Part shown: positions 19,370 to 30,466 of the stretch, one piece after another
How positions within the stretch are numbered: the first letter of the stretch is position 1
Layout of the letters: each line of letters opens with the position of its first letter
Source: Sulfurospirillaceae bacterium
Lineage (GTDB): Bacteria > Campylobacterota > Campylobacteria > Campylobacterales > Sulfurospirillaceae
Length of the DNA stretch: 64,000 bases
Reading direction: 5' to 3'
Assembly (NCBI GenBank): GCA_033723415.1
Contig: JAWVXD010000002.1
Span: 288,001-352,000, forward strand
The notes under the pieces: model-generated
What the model was told of the DNA's origin: nothing
What the model saw: only the letters and a program-made list of their open reading frames with translations
The model's database searches: none
Program-made: the position numbers and the translations under genes

Positions 19370-21002
19370 GTTTTCTTTTTTCAGTTGTTGCATTTGCAAA
19401 AGCTACTAAGACTTTATTTGGGTTCGTCAATCTAGATGTAAATTCCGGATGAAATTGAACACCCAAGAAAAATGGATGCCCTTTTAACTCAACCGCTTCT
19501 ATCAGACCATCCGATTCGCCACTAACTATTAAACCAGCTTTCTCAAACTTTTCTCTATATGCGGGATTTACTTCATAACGATGTCTGTGTCGCTCTCTTA
19601 TTGTTTTTGCACCACCATATATCTTTTGGAGCATTGAACCATTTTTCGTATCACAGTTATACCCTCCTAAACGCATTGTGCCTCCGAGTGGACTTAAAAA
19701 TGTACGAAGCTGTTTTTTACCGCTGGCATCTATAAATGAATCGATCAAATATACTATAGGATTTTTACAATTTTGGTCAAACTCTATAGAATTTGCATCT
19801 TCGATTTTTAAAACATTTGTAGCAAATTCGATCAATGCCAACTGCATGCCTAGACAAATCCCCAAAAATGGAATTTTATTTTCTCTTGCATATTTGATTG
19901 CTTCCATCTTGCCTTTTACGCCTCTCTCTCCAAAGCCTCCTGCAACAAGTACACCATCAACATCGTCAAGTAAGCCAATACTTCCTTTTTCTTCCAGATC
20001 TTCAGAATCTACCCATTTTAAGTTTATCTTAGAGTTTAAATGTGCTCCAGCATGAACGAGAGATTCTGTTAAAGATTTATAAGATTCTTTCAAATCCAAA
20101 TATTTTCCTACAAAAGCAATAGTAACTTCTCCGCTTGGATCAACGACTCTTTTTACTAAAGTATCCCAGTTTTCCATATCAGGTTTCAAATCTCCAAGTT
20201 CCAGAGCTTCAGATATAGGAGCTAAAATATTTTCTTTTAAAAAGTTCAAAGGAACCTTGTATATCGTAGAAGCATCTGAGGCTTCAATGACTGAGTTTTT
20301 CTCAACGCCGCATGAAAATGCAAGTTTATTTTTTAAATCTTTTGTCAAAGGCATTTCACTTCTGCATATGAGCATATCCGGAGTTATTCCTATTCTTCTC
20401 AATTCTTGCACTGAGTGCTGTGTCGGTTTTGTCTTTAATTCTCCTGCAACCTTTATATAAGGGATAAGAGTCAAGTGTATATTCATAGCTCTTTTTTTGC
20501 CGACTTCTGTTCTGAGTGCCCTGATAGCTTCTAAGAAAGGAAGTCCTTCTATATCTCCGACAGTTCCGCCTATCTCAACCAAAAGTATATCTTTACCAAC
20601 ACCTGCTTTTTTGATTCTGCGGATTATTTCATCTACTATATGTGGAATTACCTGTATTGTCTGCCCAAGATAATCTCCTTTGCGTTCTCGCTCAATAACT
20701 GAAGAGTATACTCTCCCTGTTGTAAAGTTATTGTTTTGATGTAAATTTTCATCTAAAAATCGTTCATAATGACCTAGATCTAGATCAGTTTCTGCACCAT
20801 CATCAGTCACAAAAACTTCTCCATGTTCTAACGGACTCATAGTACCAGGATCTACATTTATGTAGGGATCAGCCTTTAATATACTGACGTTTAATCCGGA
20901 ATGCTTCAAAAGCGTTGCTATACTAGCTGCCGAGATTCCTTTACCCAGAGAACTCAAAACACCACCCGTAACAAATATATACTTCGTTTCTTTTTTACTC
21001 AT
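19359..21002 (-). CDS. pyrG: CTP synthase
   Basis: [30 protein letters not shown]. Confidence 0.98.
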   Translation of the reverse strand: MSKKETKYIFVTGGVLSSLGKGISAASIATLLKHSGLNVSILKADPYINVDPGTMSPLEHGEVFVTDDGAETDLDLGHYERFLDENLHQNNNFTTGRVYSSVIERERKGDYLGQTIQVIPHIVDEIIRRIKKAGVGKDILLVEIGGTVGDIEGLPFLEAIRALRTEVGKKRAMNIHLTLIPYIKVAGELKTKPTQHSVQELRRIGITPDMLICRSEMPLTKDLKNKLAFSCGVEKNSVIEASDASTIYKVPLNFLKENILAPISEALELGDLKPDMENWDTLVKRVVDPSGEVTIAFVGKYLDLKESYKSLTESLVHAGAHLNSKINLKWVDSEDLEEKGSIGLLDDVDGVLVAGGFGERGVKGKMEAIKYARENKIPFLGICLGMQLALIEFATNVLKIEDANSIEFDQNCKNPIVYLIDSFIDASGKKQLRTFLSPLGGTMRLGGYNCDTKNGSMLQKIYGGAKTIRERHRHRYEVNPAYREKFEKAGLIVSGESDGLIEAVELKGHPFFLGVQFHPEFTSRLTNPNKVLVAFANATTEKRKHGK

Positions 21003-21139
21003 TTAAACCAGCCTTGTATTCTATAATTAAACGCAATTATATCTGAAAGAACATTATGATAAAATATATAAAATAATAAAGTATACTAGTATGGGATTTT
21101 TTTAAAAGTTTAACAGCGATATCATATCGGAGAGATAAC

Positions 21140-22444
21140 ATGAACACGGAAAACATACTCAAAATTTTAAAAGAAGAGATCGTACCTGCACAAGGATGTA
21201 CTGAGCCGATAGCGTTGGCTTATGTTTGTGCAAAAGCTGTCAAGGTATTAAAAGAAAAACCGGAAAACATAACGATAGAAGTATCCGGGAACATGATAAA
21301 GAATGTAAAATCAGCAGGTATACCAAATTCAAATGGTCTAGTCGGAATAGAAGCGGCTTGTGCTATGGGAGCAATCGCAGGAGATGCAACAAAAGAGTTG
21401 ATGGTAATCAGTAAAGTTACAGCAGATGACATAGATAGAGTCAAAGAGTTTTTAGCTAAAGACAAGATAGAGGTCATCCACGCTAAAACAGAAATACCTC
21501 TGTATGCAAAAGCTACCGTATATAGCAAAGACAGCTCAGCTTCTGTAGAGATCAAACACTTGCATACAAATATAACAAAAATAGAAAAAAACGGAAAAAC
21601 TCTTATAAACAGAGCCTGCAATGATGCTCAATTTAACACTACTCATGAAGAGAGAGAAAAACTAAGCGTAAAAGAGATATATGAACTAGCCCAAAGCATC
21701 GATATAAATCTCATAAAAAATTTATTTGATTTAGTAATAAAGAAGAATAGTACGATCGCACAAGCAGGACTCGATGGTGAATATGGAGTAAACATAGGAT
21801 GCATGATAAACAAAAATATTGAGCAGGGTTTTTATGGCGATGACCAGCGAAACAGGTGTGCGAGTTTTGCGTCAGCCGGAGGAGATGCCAGGATGAGCGG
21901 GTGTTCTCTACCTGTCATGACAACCAGTGGAAGCGGGAACCAAGGCATGGCAGCATCTTTACCTATAATAAAATACTGCAAAGATCAAAATATCCCATAT
22001 GAAATGCTTATAAGAACTCTTTTCTTTTCGCATCTTACAACTATACACCTAAAATCAAGTATAGGTAGACTATCTGCTTTTTGCGGCGTGATCTGTGCAA
22101 CTAGTGCAGTAAGTGGAGCTTTAGCTTTTGTTCAGGGAGGAGATTATGAATCTGTATCTATGGCTATCACGAATTCTCTAGGAAATATTTCAGGCGTTAT
22201 CTGCGATGGGGCAAAAGCATCGTGTGCTATGAAGATCGCAACGGGGGTTTACACGGCATTTGATTCTTCTATGTTGGCTTTGTCCAAAAGAGCTTTACAC
22301 GGTGGAGATGGAATCGTTGGACAAGATATAGAGGATACTATAAAAAATATAGGCATTCTTGCAAATGACGGGATGAGAGAAACTGACAACATAATTTTGG
22401 AAATTATGGAAAAAAAGAAAATTTTCAACGAAAAATCTCTATAA
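21140..22444 (+). CDS. Serine dehydratase alpha-subunit family / L-cysteine desulfidase (YhaM/CyuA-like)
   Basis: GCTEP, DARMSG, SGSGNQG, GRLSAFCG, ICDGAKASCAMK. Confidence 0.85.
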   Translation: MNTENILKILKEEIVPAQGCTEPIALAYVCAKAVKVLKEKPENITIEVSGNMIKNVKSAGIPNSNGLVGIEAACAMGAIAGDATKELMVISKVTADDIDRVKEFLAKDKIEVIHAKTEIPLYAKATVYSKDSSASVEIKHLHTNITKIEKNGKTLINRACNDAQFNTTHEEREKLSVKEIYELAQSIDINLIKNLFDLVIKKNSTIAQAGLDGEYGVNIGCMINKNIEQGFYGDDQRNRCASFASAGGDARMSGCSLPVMTTSGSGNQGMAASLPIIKYCKDQNIPYEMLIRTLFFSHLTTIHLKSSIGRLSAFCGVICATSAVSGALAFVQGGDYESVSMAITNSLGNISGVICDGAKASCAMKIATGVYTAFDSSMLALSKRALHGGDGIVGQDIEDTIKNIGILANDGMRETDNIILEIMEKKKIFNEKSL

Positions 22445-22688
22445 AAAACTAAAACTTCTAAATTCTTCAAATATCGGCACAAAATTAGCAAATTTTTGCT
22501 ATTTTTCTTAAAATCAACTTAATGCAAACTTTAATATTGATTAATTTTACACATGCGATAAGCAAAATAAATAATATTTTAGGTGTATTTTTGTTACTTT
22601 TGTGTTTTATTGAGCAATTATTCAGATACTTTTATTTTGTTTTAAGTTTATTTTGCATATAATTCCGAAAATATTTAAAGGATAAAAA

Positions 22689-22787
22689 ATGTTTGCAAAA
22701 CTAAATCCAATCAATATCTTAGGGATTATTGATTTTTTAGCTGTTATCAGTTTAGTTGCATTTGCTTATGCAGTGCTAATAAAATAA
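22689..22787 (+). CDS. Putative 32-aa hydrophobic small protein
   Basis: MFAKLNPINILGIIDFLAVISLVAFAYAVLIK; TATAAT at about 22658, AAAGGA RBS, downstream hairpins. Confidence 0.6.
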   Translation: MFAKLNPINILGIIDFLAVISLVAFAYAVLIK

Positions 22788-22793
22788 GTACTT

Positions 22794-22838
22794 AAATCCA
22801 ATTAAAGGGCTATCCCCCATAGTTCTTTAATTGGATTT
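22794..22838 (+). other. Long 20-bp RNA hairpin downstream of the small ORF
   Basis: AAATCCAATTAAAGGGCTAT / ATAGTTCTTTAATTGGATTT; two G-U pairs favour the + strand. Confidence 0.7.
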
Positions 22839-22868
22839 GAAGAAATTCAATATCAATCTCCTTTGATG

Positions 22869-22895
22869 AGGGATACTTAAAAATATCCCTTTTTC
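22869..22895 (+). terminator. Rho-independent terminator candidate
   Basis: AGGGATA-loop-TATCCCT followed by a T run. Confidence 0.55.
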
Positions 22896-22911
22896 TAATA
22901 CAAAATTTTCT

Positions 22912-23553
22912 TTATCTATAAAATTCTTTCACAAGAACACTGATGCCTGAAACCACAAATTGAACAGCTATAGCTCCAACTATCAAGCCCATCAATCTAC
23001 TTATTATCTTAGAACCGGTGATACCCATATATTTTCTGATATAGATACTATTTTTAAAAGCAAGATACACGGTAAATGCTACCAATAGGTAAGATAGGAC
23101 AAAAGCAGACAGTGCAGTTATACTTTCACTTTGATTTCTTATGATCACGATAGTAGCGAAAATCCCAGGACCAAAGGTTATCGGGATACCAAGTGGAATT
23201 ATGGAAAATTCATCATGTTTTAGAGCTTCAGCGCGCTCTTCTGATGTTTGATTTTTTGATTCTATAGAACCGTTTACCATCTTTATAGCCATCAAAAGTA
23301 AAACTATACCACCCATGACTTTGAGAGAATCTATCTCTATCCCAAACAGTTTAAGTAAAAAGTTTCCCGTTATAAGAACAATAAAAAATGCCACAATAAT
23401 GGTAAGTGTTGATTTTAATGCTATTTTGGACATAGTCTCTTTCGTAGTTCCCTCGGGCAATAAAGAGAGCATGATGGCACTCACTCCCAAAGGATCGACG
23501 ATCGCCATCATGGTTATGGTATCTTGCAACAATAGATTAAAAAAATGGTTCAT
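22912..23553 (-). CDS. MarC family membrane protein
   Basis: IVDPLG, IPLGIPITFGPG, ISRLMGLI; six hydrophobic segments. Confidence 0.9.
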   Translation of the reverse strand: MNHFFNLLLQDTITMMAIVDPLGVSAIMLSLLPEGTTKETMSKIALKSTLTIIVAFFIVLITGNFLLKLFGIEIDSLKVMGGIVLLLMAIKMVNGSIESKNQTSEERAEALKHDEFSIIPLGIPITFGPGIFATIVIIRNQSESITALSAFVLSYLLVAFTVYLAFKNSIYIRKYMGITGSKIISRLMGLIVGAIAVQFVVSGISVLVKEFYR

Positions 23554-25232
23554 TAGAATTCTGTCTTCAGTATTGCACCATTGCTTGCATTTGTAACGAG
23601 TAATCTATATTGTTTGAGCCAGCTTCCTTTGATCTCTTTTTGTTTTGGCACAAAGCTAGATTTTCTTTTTTCTATCTCAGCATCGCTTAATTCAACTTCA
23701 ATAGTATATTTGTCAACATCTATATTTATAATATCTCCATCTTTTAACAAGCCGATCATACCGCCCTCGGCGGCTTCAGGACTTACATGACCTATACTTA
23801 AACCTCTAGTCGCCCCACTGAATCTTCCATCTGTTATAAGTGCGACATCTGCACCAAGTCCCATACCCATTATGAGGCTTGTAGGTGAGAGCATTTCTTG
23901 CATCCCTGGGCCTCCGCGTGGACCTTCATAGCGAATGACAACAACGTCGCCTTTTTTTACTTTTTTCTTTATAATCCCCTCGATAGCTTCTTGCTGTGAA
24001 TCAAAGCAAACAGCCGTACCTCTAAAACTTCTCTCTCCCGTGATACCTGCTGTTTTGATAACACAACCCTCGGTTGCAAGATTACCAAAAAGGATAGCAA
24101 GACCGCCGACTTTTGAGTAAGAGTTGTTGAGATTGTGGATGATGCTTTCATCTAAAATCTCTGATTTACCAACCCTCTCACCTATATTTTCACCGGTAAC
24201 TGTAAGATTGTCAAGAAACAAGGCTCCCGTGTCCATCTTGCTGATCTCATTCATCACGGCACTTACACCTCCGGCTCGATCAATATCTTCCATATGAACA
24301 GTTGAGAGAGATGGAGAAATTTTTGCGATATGAGAGACCTTTTTGCTAATCGCGTTGATATCTGCGATGTTAAAATTTACCCCTGCCTCTTTTGCGATCG
24401 CTAACATGTGAAGAACTGTATTGGTACTACCGCCCATAGCCATATCGATGGCAAAAGCATTTCTTACGGCTTTTTCATTGAGTATGTTTCTAAAATTAAA
24501 TTTCTCATCAAGTGCTATCTCACAGACTCGTTTTGCAGCTTTTCTTATCAATACTTCTCGCTCGGGGGTCAGGGCTGGAATCGTGCCGTTACCGGGCAAT
24601 GCTATACCCATAGCTTCCATGAGAGTATTCATACTGTTTGCCGTGAACATACCTGAACAACTTCCTCCAGTAGGGCAAGCATTGCACTCTATATCTTTGA
24701 GCTCGGCTTCGCTCATGTCCCCGTTTTCAAATTTACCCACAGCTTCAAAAGCAGTTGCAAGGTCTATAGGTTTTCCATCTTTAGTATGTCCTTTTTTCAT
24801 AGGTCCGCCACTTACGAAAACCGTAGGTACATTGACTCTAAGTGCACCCATAATCATACCAGGGACGATCTTGTCACAGTTTGGTATACAGATCATGGCA
24901 TCAAGCTTGTGTGCATTCATGACCGTCTCTATGGAGTTTGCTATCAATTCACGACTTGGAAGTGAATAAAGCATACCGTCATGTCCCATCGCGATACCGT
25001 CATCTACTCCTATCGTGTTAAATTCAAATGGAACACAACCATTCTTTCTAATCTCGTCTTTTATAATCTCGCCGTATTTATTTAAGAAAAAATGTCCCGG
25101 TATTATCTCAATAAAAGAGTTGGCAACTCCGATGAATGGCTTGTTAAAATCTTCCTCTTTGACACCGGTTGCTCGAAACAGACTTCTATGTGGCGCTCTG
25201 TCATAACCTTTTTTTACTTGGTCGCTGCGCAT
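23553..25232 (-). CDS. ilvD: Dihydroxy-acid dehydratase
   Basis: [29 protein letters not shown]. Confidence 0.97.
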   Translation of the reverse strand: MRSDQVKKGYDRAPHRSLFRATGVKEEDFNKPFIGVANSFIEIIPGHFFLNKYGEIIKDEIRKNGCVPFEFNTIGVDDGIAMGHDGMLYSLPSRELIANSIETVMNAHKLDAMICIPNCDKIVPGMIMGALRVNVPTVFVSGGPMKKGHTKDGKPIDLATAFEAVGKFENGDMSEAELKDIECNACPTGGSCSGMFTANSMNTLMEAMGIALPGNGTIPALTPEREVLIRKAAKRVCEIALDEKFNFRNILNEKAVRNAFAIDMAMGGSTNTVLHMLAIAKEAGVNFNIADINAISKKVSHIAKISPSLSTVHMEDIDRAGGVSAVMNEISKMDTGALFLDNLTVTGENIGERVGKSEILDESIIHNLNNSYSKVGGLAILFGNLATEGCVIKTAGITGERSFRGTAVCFDSQQEAIEGIIKKKVKKGDVVVIRYEGPRGGPGMQEMLSPTSLIMGMGLGADVALITDGRFSGATRGLSIGHVSPEAAEGGMIGLLKDGDIINIDVDKYTIEVELSDAEIEKRKSSFVPKQKEIKGSWLKQYRLLVTNASNGAILKTEF

Positions 25233-25311
25233 AATATTCCTTTAAATTTTTGATAATTATATCAAAAAGTACGCTATAATAAAATATCTAGTGACATATA
25301 TCGCAAACCCC

Positions 25312-25340
25312 TTTACATTTTGGAAAATAATTGCTATAAT
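25312..25340 (+). promoter_or_regulatory. Sigma70 promoter of the tRNA operon
   Basis: TTTACA-17 nt-TATAAT with extended TG. Confidence 0.75.
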
Positions 25341-25358
25341 TTCGTCTCATTTTTGACT

Positions 25359-25433
<75 letters not shown>

Positions 25434-25465
25434 TAAAAATAGAGAGTCATAATAGAAAAGCGTTT

Positions 25466-25552
25466 GCCCGGGTGGCGGAATGGTAGACGCAAGGGACTTA
25501 AAATCCCTCGCTCATTTTGAGCGTGCCGGTTCAAGTCCGGCTCCGGGCACCA
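25466..25552 (+). tRNA. tRNA-Leu(TAA)
   Basis: Anticodon arm AGGGA-CTTAAAA-TCCCT, long variable arm, CCA end. Confidence 0.96.
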
Positions 25553-25583
25553 CCTTGCGTAATTTGGATTTGCTTTGTTCGGT

Positions 25584-25658
25584 GGCGATATAGCCAAGTG
25601 GCTAAGGCAGGAGCCTGCAAAGCTCTGATCCCCGGTTCAAATCCGGGTGTCGCCTCCA
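25584..25658 (+). tRNA. tRNA-Cys(GCA)
   Basis: Anticodon loop CTGCAAA, U discriminator, CCA end. Confidence 0.96.
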
Positions 25659-25774
25659 TATTTATTTCTCATACTTATAAAGTAAAACTTCATAAGTATT
25701 CAATCACTAAAGCTTCGACTTTGTCGAGAATTTAGTTTTTCGAGTTTCTTGGTCAAACTCACTTTTATCATTGT

Positions 25775-25864
25775 CGGGAGATGGCAGAGCTTGGTTTAAT
25801 GCGGCGGTCTTGAAAACCGTTGAGGGTAACACCTCCGGGGGTTCGAATCCCTCTCTCCCGGCCA
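25775..25864 (+). tRNA. tRNA-Ser(TGA)
   Basis: CGGGAGA/TCTCCCG acceptor, loop CTTGAAA, long variable arm, GCCA end. Confidence 0.96.
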
Positions 25865-26000
25865 CTTCTTTTTAAAGATACTTCATAAAACATTCTTAAA
25901 TTCATACAAAAATTTTGTACTTAATTATTCAATAATTTAAATAAAATCTTATTCTTGATATTTTAAAGTATAATGATTATAAAGTTTTAAAAGGATGGTT

Positions 26001-26402
26001 ATGAAAAAACTAATAAAATTGGTTTTAATGATTTCAGTATTGGCATTTGTGTTCACGGGCTGTAGAACATCAACTTTACAGAATGTTAACGATAGTACAT
26101 TCGTCCCTACAAATGTAAAGCAAGTAAACTTGGACAATGTTGCCAGAGCTATCATCAGAGCAGGGGCTACTTTGGGATGGAATATGAAAAGAGAAAAAGA
26201 AGGTGAGATCATCGGAACTTTATACTTAAGAGACCATATGGCACAAGTTAGAATCCCTTACACGACCAATAAATATAGTATCTTATACAATGATAGCACA
26301 AATTTAAAATACGATGCAGCACAAAATATAATCCACTCAAACTACAATGGATGGATACAAAATCTCAATAAAGCGATTCAAATTCAACTGGGTTTGATGT
26401 GA
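26001..26402 (+). CDS. Putative lipoprotein
   Basis: Signal MKKLIKLVLMISVLAFVFTG-C (lipobox); C-terminal IHSNYNGWIQNL; AAGGA RBS. Confidence 0.8.
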   Translation: MKKLIKLVLMISVLAFVFTGCRTSTLQNVNDSTFVPTNVKQVNLDNVARAIIRAGATLGWNMKREKEGEIIGTLYLRDHMAQVRIPYTTNKYSILYNDSTNLKYDAAQNIIHSNYNGWIQNLNKAIQIQLGLM

Positions 26403-27565
26403 TCAAAATGCATCACTTTTTTACCCATTTGAGTTGTTGATATTTTTTCAACAATTTTAAGAGAGATAGGAAATTTTATATTGCCTATCTCTCTTTTTAA
26501 TATACCGTTGACTTCTTTCAAACTGATCTGCTCGCTGCTTTCAAGATATATCTCCAACACCTCGTCTTTTAGCTCACCTTTATGATAATTTACCCTCACA
26601 TAGGCCTTTTTCACACTCTCTAAGCGCTCTAATATCTCTTCTACTTGTAGAGTTGAATATCTCTTTCCTCCGGCTTTAAAAATTTGTGAATTTCTTCCTA
26701 TAATCTTAAATCGATCACCTTCAAATTCAACATAATCAAAACTTTGTATCATGCTATTGGTTTTTTTGTACCCTTCTTCAAACAAAAGTTTTGATACAAA
26801 TGGTGAGTGTATTTTTAAAAGAGATTCTTCGTTTGTAGAAATACAGACACTTGATATCGGCGTCCACAATTCATCTGCCTGCGCTTTATACGCTATGCCG
26901 CCTGTTTCGGTTGAACCAAAAAACTGAAGTAAATTGGTATTGAATTTATTGATAAATTTTTTGGCGATTTCTGGCTCAAGCGGAGCAGTTGAGCTTATAA
27001 AGAGAACATCTTTGAGATCTCTTACTTCATCAAGTTGCAAGAGAGCCTTGATATAAAGCGGCGTTGTAACCACTACCGTATTTTGAGTGATGGCTTGCAG
27101 GAGATCATGTGGCAAAAAATGCTTCTTGAAAAATAGGTCGATACCCAATCTATAAGGCAAAAGCACCGATGACAAAATACCGTAAATATGGATGAAAGGA
27201 ACGGTCGAAATAACTTTTTTTGGATTGAACTTTTTGACCAATTTTATCCACTCATCCACTTCTCTCTCCAGATTTTCTCTGCTTTTAAATGCTCCTGTAG
27301 GCTTGCCTGTACTTCCTGAAGTGAACATCAACATAGAAAACTCTACATCTTTGAAGTCATTGTTTTTCAAAAGATCTTTGATGCTTTGATTTTCATCATC
27401 AAATAAAACTTGTTTTTGCCCATTCAAATACGCTTGGAAGATCTGCAATATTGAGTCTTCCTTACTACTTGAATCAACAAAGATGATATCTTGCCTGATT
27501 TTTTCCAGTGTATCAGGGTCATATACTCTTGTGCTAAGATCATCATCTTGTATTTCTATTTTCAT
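26384..27565 (-). CDS. AMP-binding acyl-CoA/acyl-ACP synthetase (ApeH-like, short)
   Basis: FTSGSTGKP, PFIHIYG, FGSTETGG, terminal MGKK. Confidence 0.85.
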   Translation of the reverse strand: MKIEIQDDDLSTRVYDPDTLEKIRQDIIFVDSSSKEDSILQIFQAYLNGQKQVLFDDENQSIKDLLKNNDFKDVEFSMLMFTSGSTGKPTGAFKSRENLEREVDEWIKLVKKFNPKKVISTVPFIHIYGILSSVLLPYRLGIDLFFKKHFLPHDLLQAITQNTVVVTTPLYIKALLQLDEVRDLKDVLFISSTAPLEPEIAKKFINKFNTNLLQFFGSTETGGIAYKAQADELWTPISSVCISTNEESLLKIHSPFVSKLLFEEGYKKTNSMIQSFDYVEFEGDRFKIIGRNSQIFKAGGKRYSTLQVEEILERLESVKKAYVRVNYHKGELKDEVLEIYLESSEQISLKEVNGILKREIGNIKFPISLKIVEKISTTQMGKKVMHFDHIKPS

Positions 27566-29649
27566 CTTTTTCCCATCAATATTAAGATCAATATCCCCAA
27601 TAACCCAAGCGTTGCTACTTCTCCTATATAAAAAAGTGCTCCGATAGAGCTAAATACCAAGATACCAAAACCTGCAAACGTACTCATCAAAGAGAATAGA
27701 ATCGCTTGTTGGCTCTGCTTTGAGAGACCATGTCCGCTGATATAGATACCATAATCTATACTAAAAGAGACAACGATAAACAGCATAAAGATCTGCAGGA
27801 TATTCACACTTCCATGCGTTATCACAAGCAAACAAAAGGTGATCGGCAGAAGAGTATAAGAGAGGGCTTGAAAAAAGTTCTCTTTGGTCGCTTTGTATAT
27901 TATGAACAACATACACAATAAGATCAAAGTTCCACTCAACAACAATTGCTTATCGATTTTCTTTAGCAATGTTTGAAATAATTTTACAGAATCTACCAAA
28001 TAAACTCCGCTTGTTTTTTCATTTTGGTTTACAAAACCAAAACTATAGTAAAATGCTCCTTTATGTAGAATATCAAAGCCGTAGTTATTAAGTATATCTA
28101 CACTGTACTCAGGGGCTATCGGATTCAATAACCTCTTGGAATACGCATCTTTGAAAAAGTTTTTTCTAAAGCCGATTTGCTCAGATTCTTTCTGTATCTC
28201 ATCTTTGATGCCTGCAAAATCTATCGCATCCAAAAGTTTTTTTCTTTTCAAAAATTCACGCTCACTCAGAAGATTTGCAAGTGGCACGATAGCTCCCTTA
28301 TGCTGTACTTTAAAATCTATGTTCTTTTGTATCAGTGTATCAATGCTTTTAGCTTTGATCATGAAAGTTATCTTATCGCTGCTGCCAAGATGGCTTTTGA
28401 AAAAGCTTTCTACTCGCTTTAACTTCACATTGTTATAATCTAAATTTTTCATATCCATATCCATCTTCACATGGGAGAGAATATAACCGATTATAACAAG
28501 CAAGATCAATACAAGATATTTATAATTTTTAACGATACTCAAAGCCGGCAAATAAATATTCATCTCTCTTGCACGAAAGCCGATCTTTGGAAATAAAAAA
28601 GAGAAAATGATATAAGAATAAAGAAGTGAAGCACTAGCGTAAATACTCACCTGCCTTATAAAGGGAAACTGCACAAAAGAGATGAGAACGAAGGCCAAGA
28701 ATGTACTTAAAAAGCCAAAAAAGACCGACTTATTGAAACCTTTATCCTTTTCATAATACCCTAAGAAATAGTGATGAAACATATAATCGATCGCAACCGT
28801 ACTGATCGACATACCAAAAACCATGACAAAGATAGAAACTTCACCCCAAAGCTCAGTTACTACGAGTAAAGAAAGGATAAAGGAGCTAAGCAGTGTTACA
28901 ACCGTATTTGCAAGTAGCCCGATGTCTTTTAAAATCAGGATATAGAGCAAGAACAAGATACCAATCGCTATAGAAACTAAGATATTGACTTGAGATTTGA
29001 TGGCTTGTGAGTTTTCTACAAAATAAAAAACAGGACTAAATATCTTTGTATTCGTATTCATCTCTTTGTGAAACACATCATAAACTTTTTTGAAATCTGT
29101 GCCTTTTTTAAAAGAAAAGACACTCATATATCCATAATTTTTTAGGAATAAATGTCCCTCTTTAAAGCTCATAGCAACCCTTTGCTTTTTTTGCGAAAAA
29201 AGCTGAAGCGGGTCATCTTTGTCGATACTACTATAGTATAAACTAGAGATAAGGTTTTGATATGAGCCCTTTAAAGTTTTATCTACGGCTGATATATTTT
29301 TGCTATCAAAATCTTGCAAATAAAAACTATAATCTTTTAGATATTTTCGAAATTCAGGACTTGCAAAAAAACTCTTTTTTAATGCTATAAAATTATGACT
29401 CAAAACTCGCTTTTCTAAAGCTGTGATCTCTTTTGGATTATCTCCTTTGATAGCGACTAAAACTTCCCTTGATGTTTGAAAATCCCCATAGATTTTCAAC
29501 AGTTTTGTTTCTTGATTTTGAGGCAATAAGGAGATTAGATCGGTTGAGAGTTTTTTGTATGGAGAAAGGACAAAAAATAGTGCCAGCAAAATTAAAAATA
29601 TAAGTATATTAAGATATTTAACGAATTGTTTCAATCTTGATCCTGTCAT
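27562..29649 (-). CDS. MMPL/RND-type lipid exporter
   Basis: Two TM bundles each with an IDY motif (AIDY, SIDY); N-terminal TDLISLLP; alternative TTG start at 29634. Confidence 0.8.
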   Translation of the reverse strand: MTGSRLKQFVKYLNILIFLILLALFFVLSPYKKLSTDLISLLPQNQETKLLKIYGDFQTSREVLVAIKGDNPKEITALEKRVLSHNFIALKKSFFASPEFRKYLKDYSFYLQDFDSKNISAVDKTLKGSYQNLISSLYYSSIDKDDPLQLFSQKKQRVAMSFKEGHLFLKNYGYMSVFSFKKGTDFKKVYDVFHKEMNTNTKIFSPVFYFVENSQAIKSQVNILVSIAIGILFLLYILILKDIGLLANTVVTLLSSFILSLLVVTELWGEVSIFVMVFGMSISTVAIDYMFHHYFLGYYEKDKGFNKSVFFGFLSTFLAFVLISFVQFPFIRQVSIYASASLLYSYIIFSFLFPKIGFRAREMNIYLPALSIVKNYKYLVLILLVIIGYILSHVKMDMDMKNLDYNNVKLKRVESFFKSHLGSSDKITFMIKAKSIDTLIQKNIDFKVQHKGAIVPLANLLSEREFLKRKKLLDAIDFAGIKDEIQKESEQIGFRKNFFKDAYSKRLLNPIAPEYSVDILNNYGFDILHKGAFYYSFGFVNQNEKTSGVYLVDSVKLFQTLLKKIDKQLLLSGTLILLCMLFIIYKATKENFFQALSYTLLPITFCLLVITHGSVNILQIFMLFIVVSFSIDYGIYISGHGLSKQSQQAILFSLMSTFAGFGILVFSSIGALFYIGEVATLGLLGILILILMGKR

Positions 29650-30055
29650 TGTTTTGCATAAAGATTTCTATAAATATCAGTCGATCTTTTTGCTTTTCGT
29701 ACTCGACTTTTTTGATGTACTCTTTTGCCAATTCCAAAGGTCTCAGAGTGACGATATTTTTATCTTTTTTTATCTCAAAAAATTCACCCAAGAGCGTCTC
29801 GTCATCACTATGAATCGCCTCGAGTATCATAAAAAAAAGTTTCTTTTGCTTTATCGCATCGTTTTGAGTATACACAATACTCTCTTGTTTTGGTTTTATG
29901 TATGTGATCTTGATACTCTCTTTTAAAAAAGTGATACTCCCCTCAAAATCAATACTTTTATCGATGGCATAGAGATACCTTGTCTCTTTAAAATCAATAG
30001 CGAACATGAGTTGCACACAAACAAGCAACATCAAGATAATTTTAAACATCTTCAA
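29618..30055 (-). CDS. Periplasmic LolA-like carrier protein
   Basis: Signal peptide, then FKETRY...GSITF...YIKP beta-strand pattern; position in the cluster. Confidence 0.55.
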   Translation of the reverse strand: MKMFKIILMLLVCVQLMFAIDFKETRYLYAIDKSIDFEGSITFLKESIKITYIKPKQESIVYTQNDAIKQKKLFFMILEAIHSDDETLLGEFFEIKKDKNIVTLRPLELAKEYIKKVEYEKQKDRLIFIEIFMQNNDRIKIETIR

Positions 30056-30464
30056 CTCGTTTCAAGAAAATATATTTTTTATGCACATATTGCAATAAGG
30101 CTCCGATCAAAAAAACAAAATACCAGCCAAATGACGTGTAAATAACCCAAAAATATTCGTTTTTTTGCAAGATCACTATCACATGCAAGAGAATATTCAC
30201 ACCACAAATCCCTATCCAAAATAGTGTTGATTGTTCTATATACTGCACCTCTTCATCATTAAAATCTTTTTTTGAAAATTTCTTGGCAAATTTTAAAATC
30301 AATGATTTTTTTTTGAAATGAGAAAGTGCAATGAGTGCAGTAAAATAAATAGAAACCAGAAGTGGCAAAAACTTCAAAACTATCGCATCTTGAAGTGTCA
30401 ATCCAAGATATTTTAAGGTAAAAAACAAAACAATAGGATAAAGAATACTAAAGAAGGACAACAT
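30042..30464 (-). CDS. Membrane protein typical of aryl-polyene-like clusters
   Basis: Four TM segments; SLILKFA, TLFW, WVIYTSFGWY pattern. Confidence 0.6.
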   Translation of the reverse strand: MLSFFSILYPIVLFFTLKYLGLTLQDAIVLKFLPLLVSIYFTALIALSHFKKKSLILKFAKKFSKKDFNDEEVQYIEQSTLFWIGICGVNILLHVIVILQKNEYFWVIYTSFGWYFVFLIGALLQYVHKKYIFLKRVEDV

Positions 30465-30466
30465 GG

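Noticed and set aside
25659..25774. Three small hairpins in the tRNA-Cys/tRNA-Ser spacer as a tRNA pseudogene or sRNA
   Set aside because: No T-loop or acceptor stem; structured spacers are ordinary in tRNA operons.
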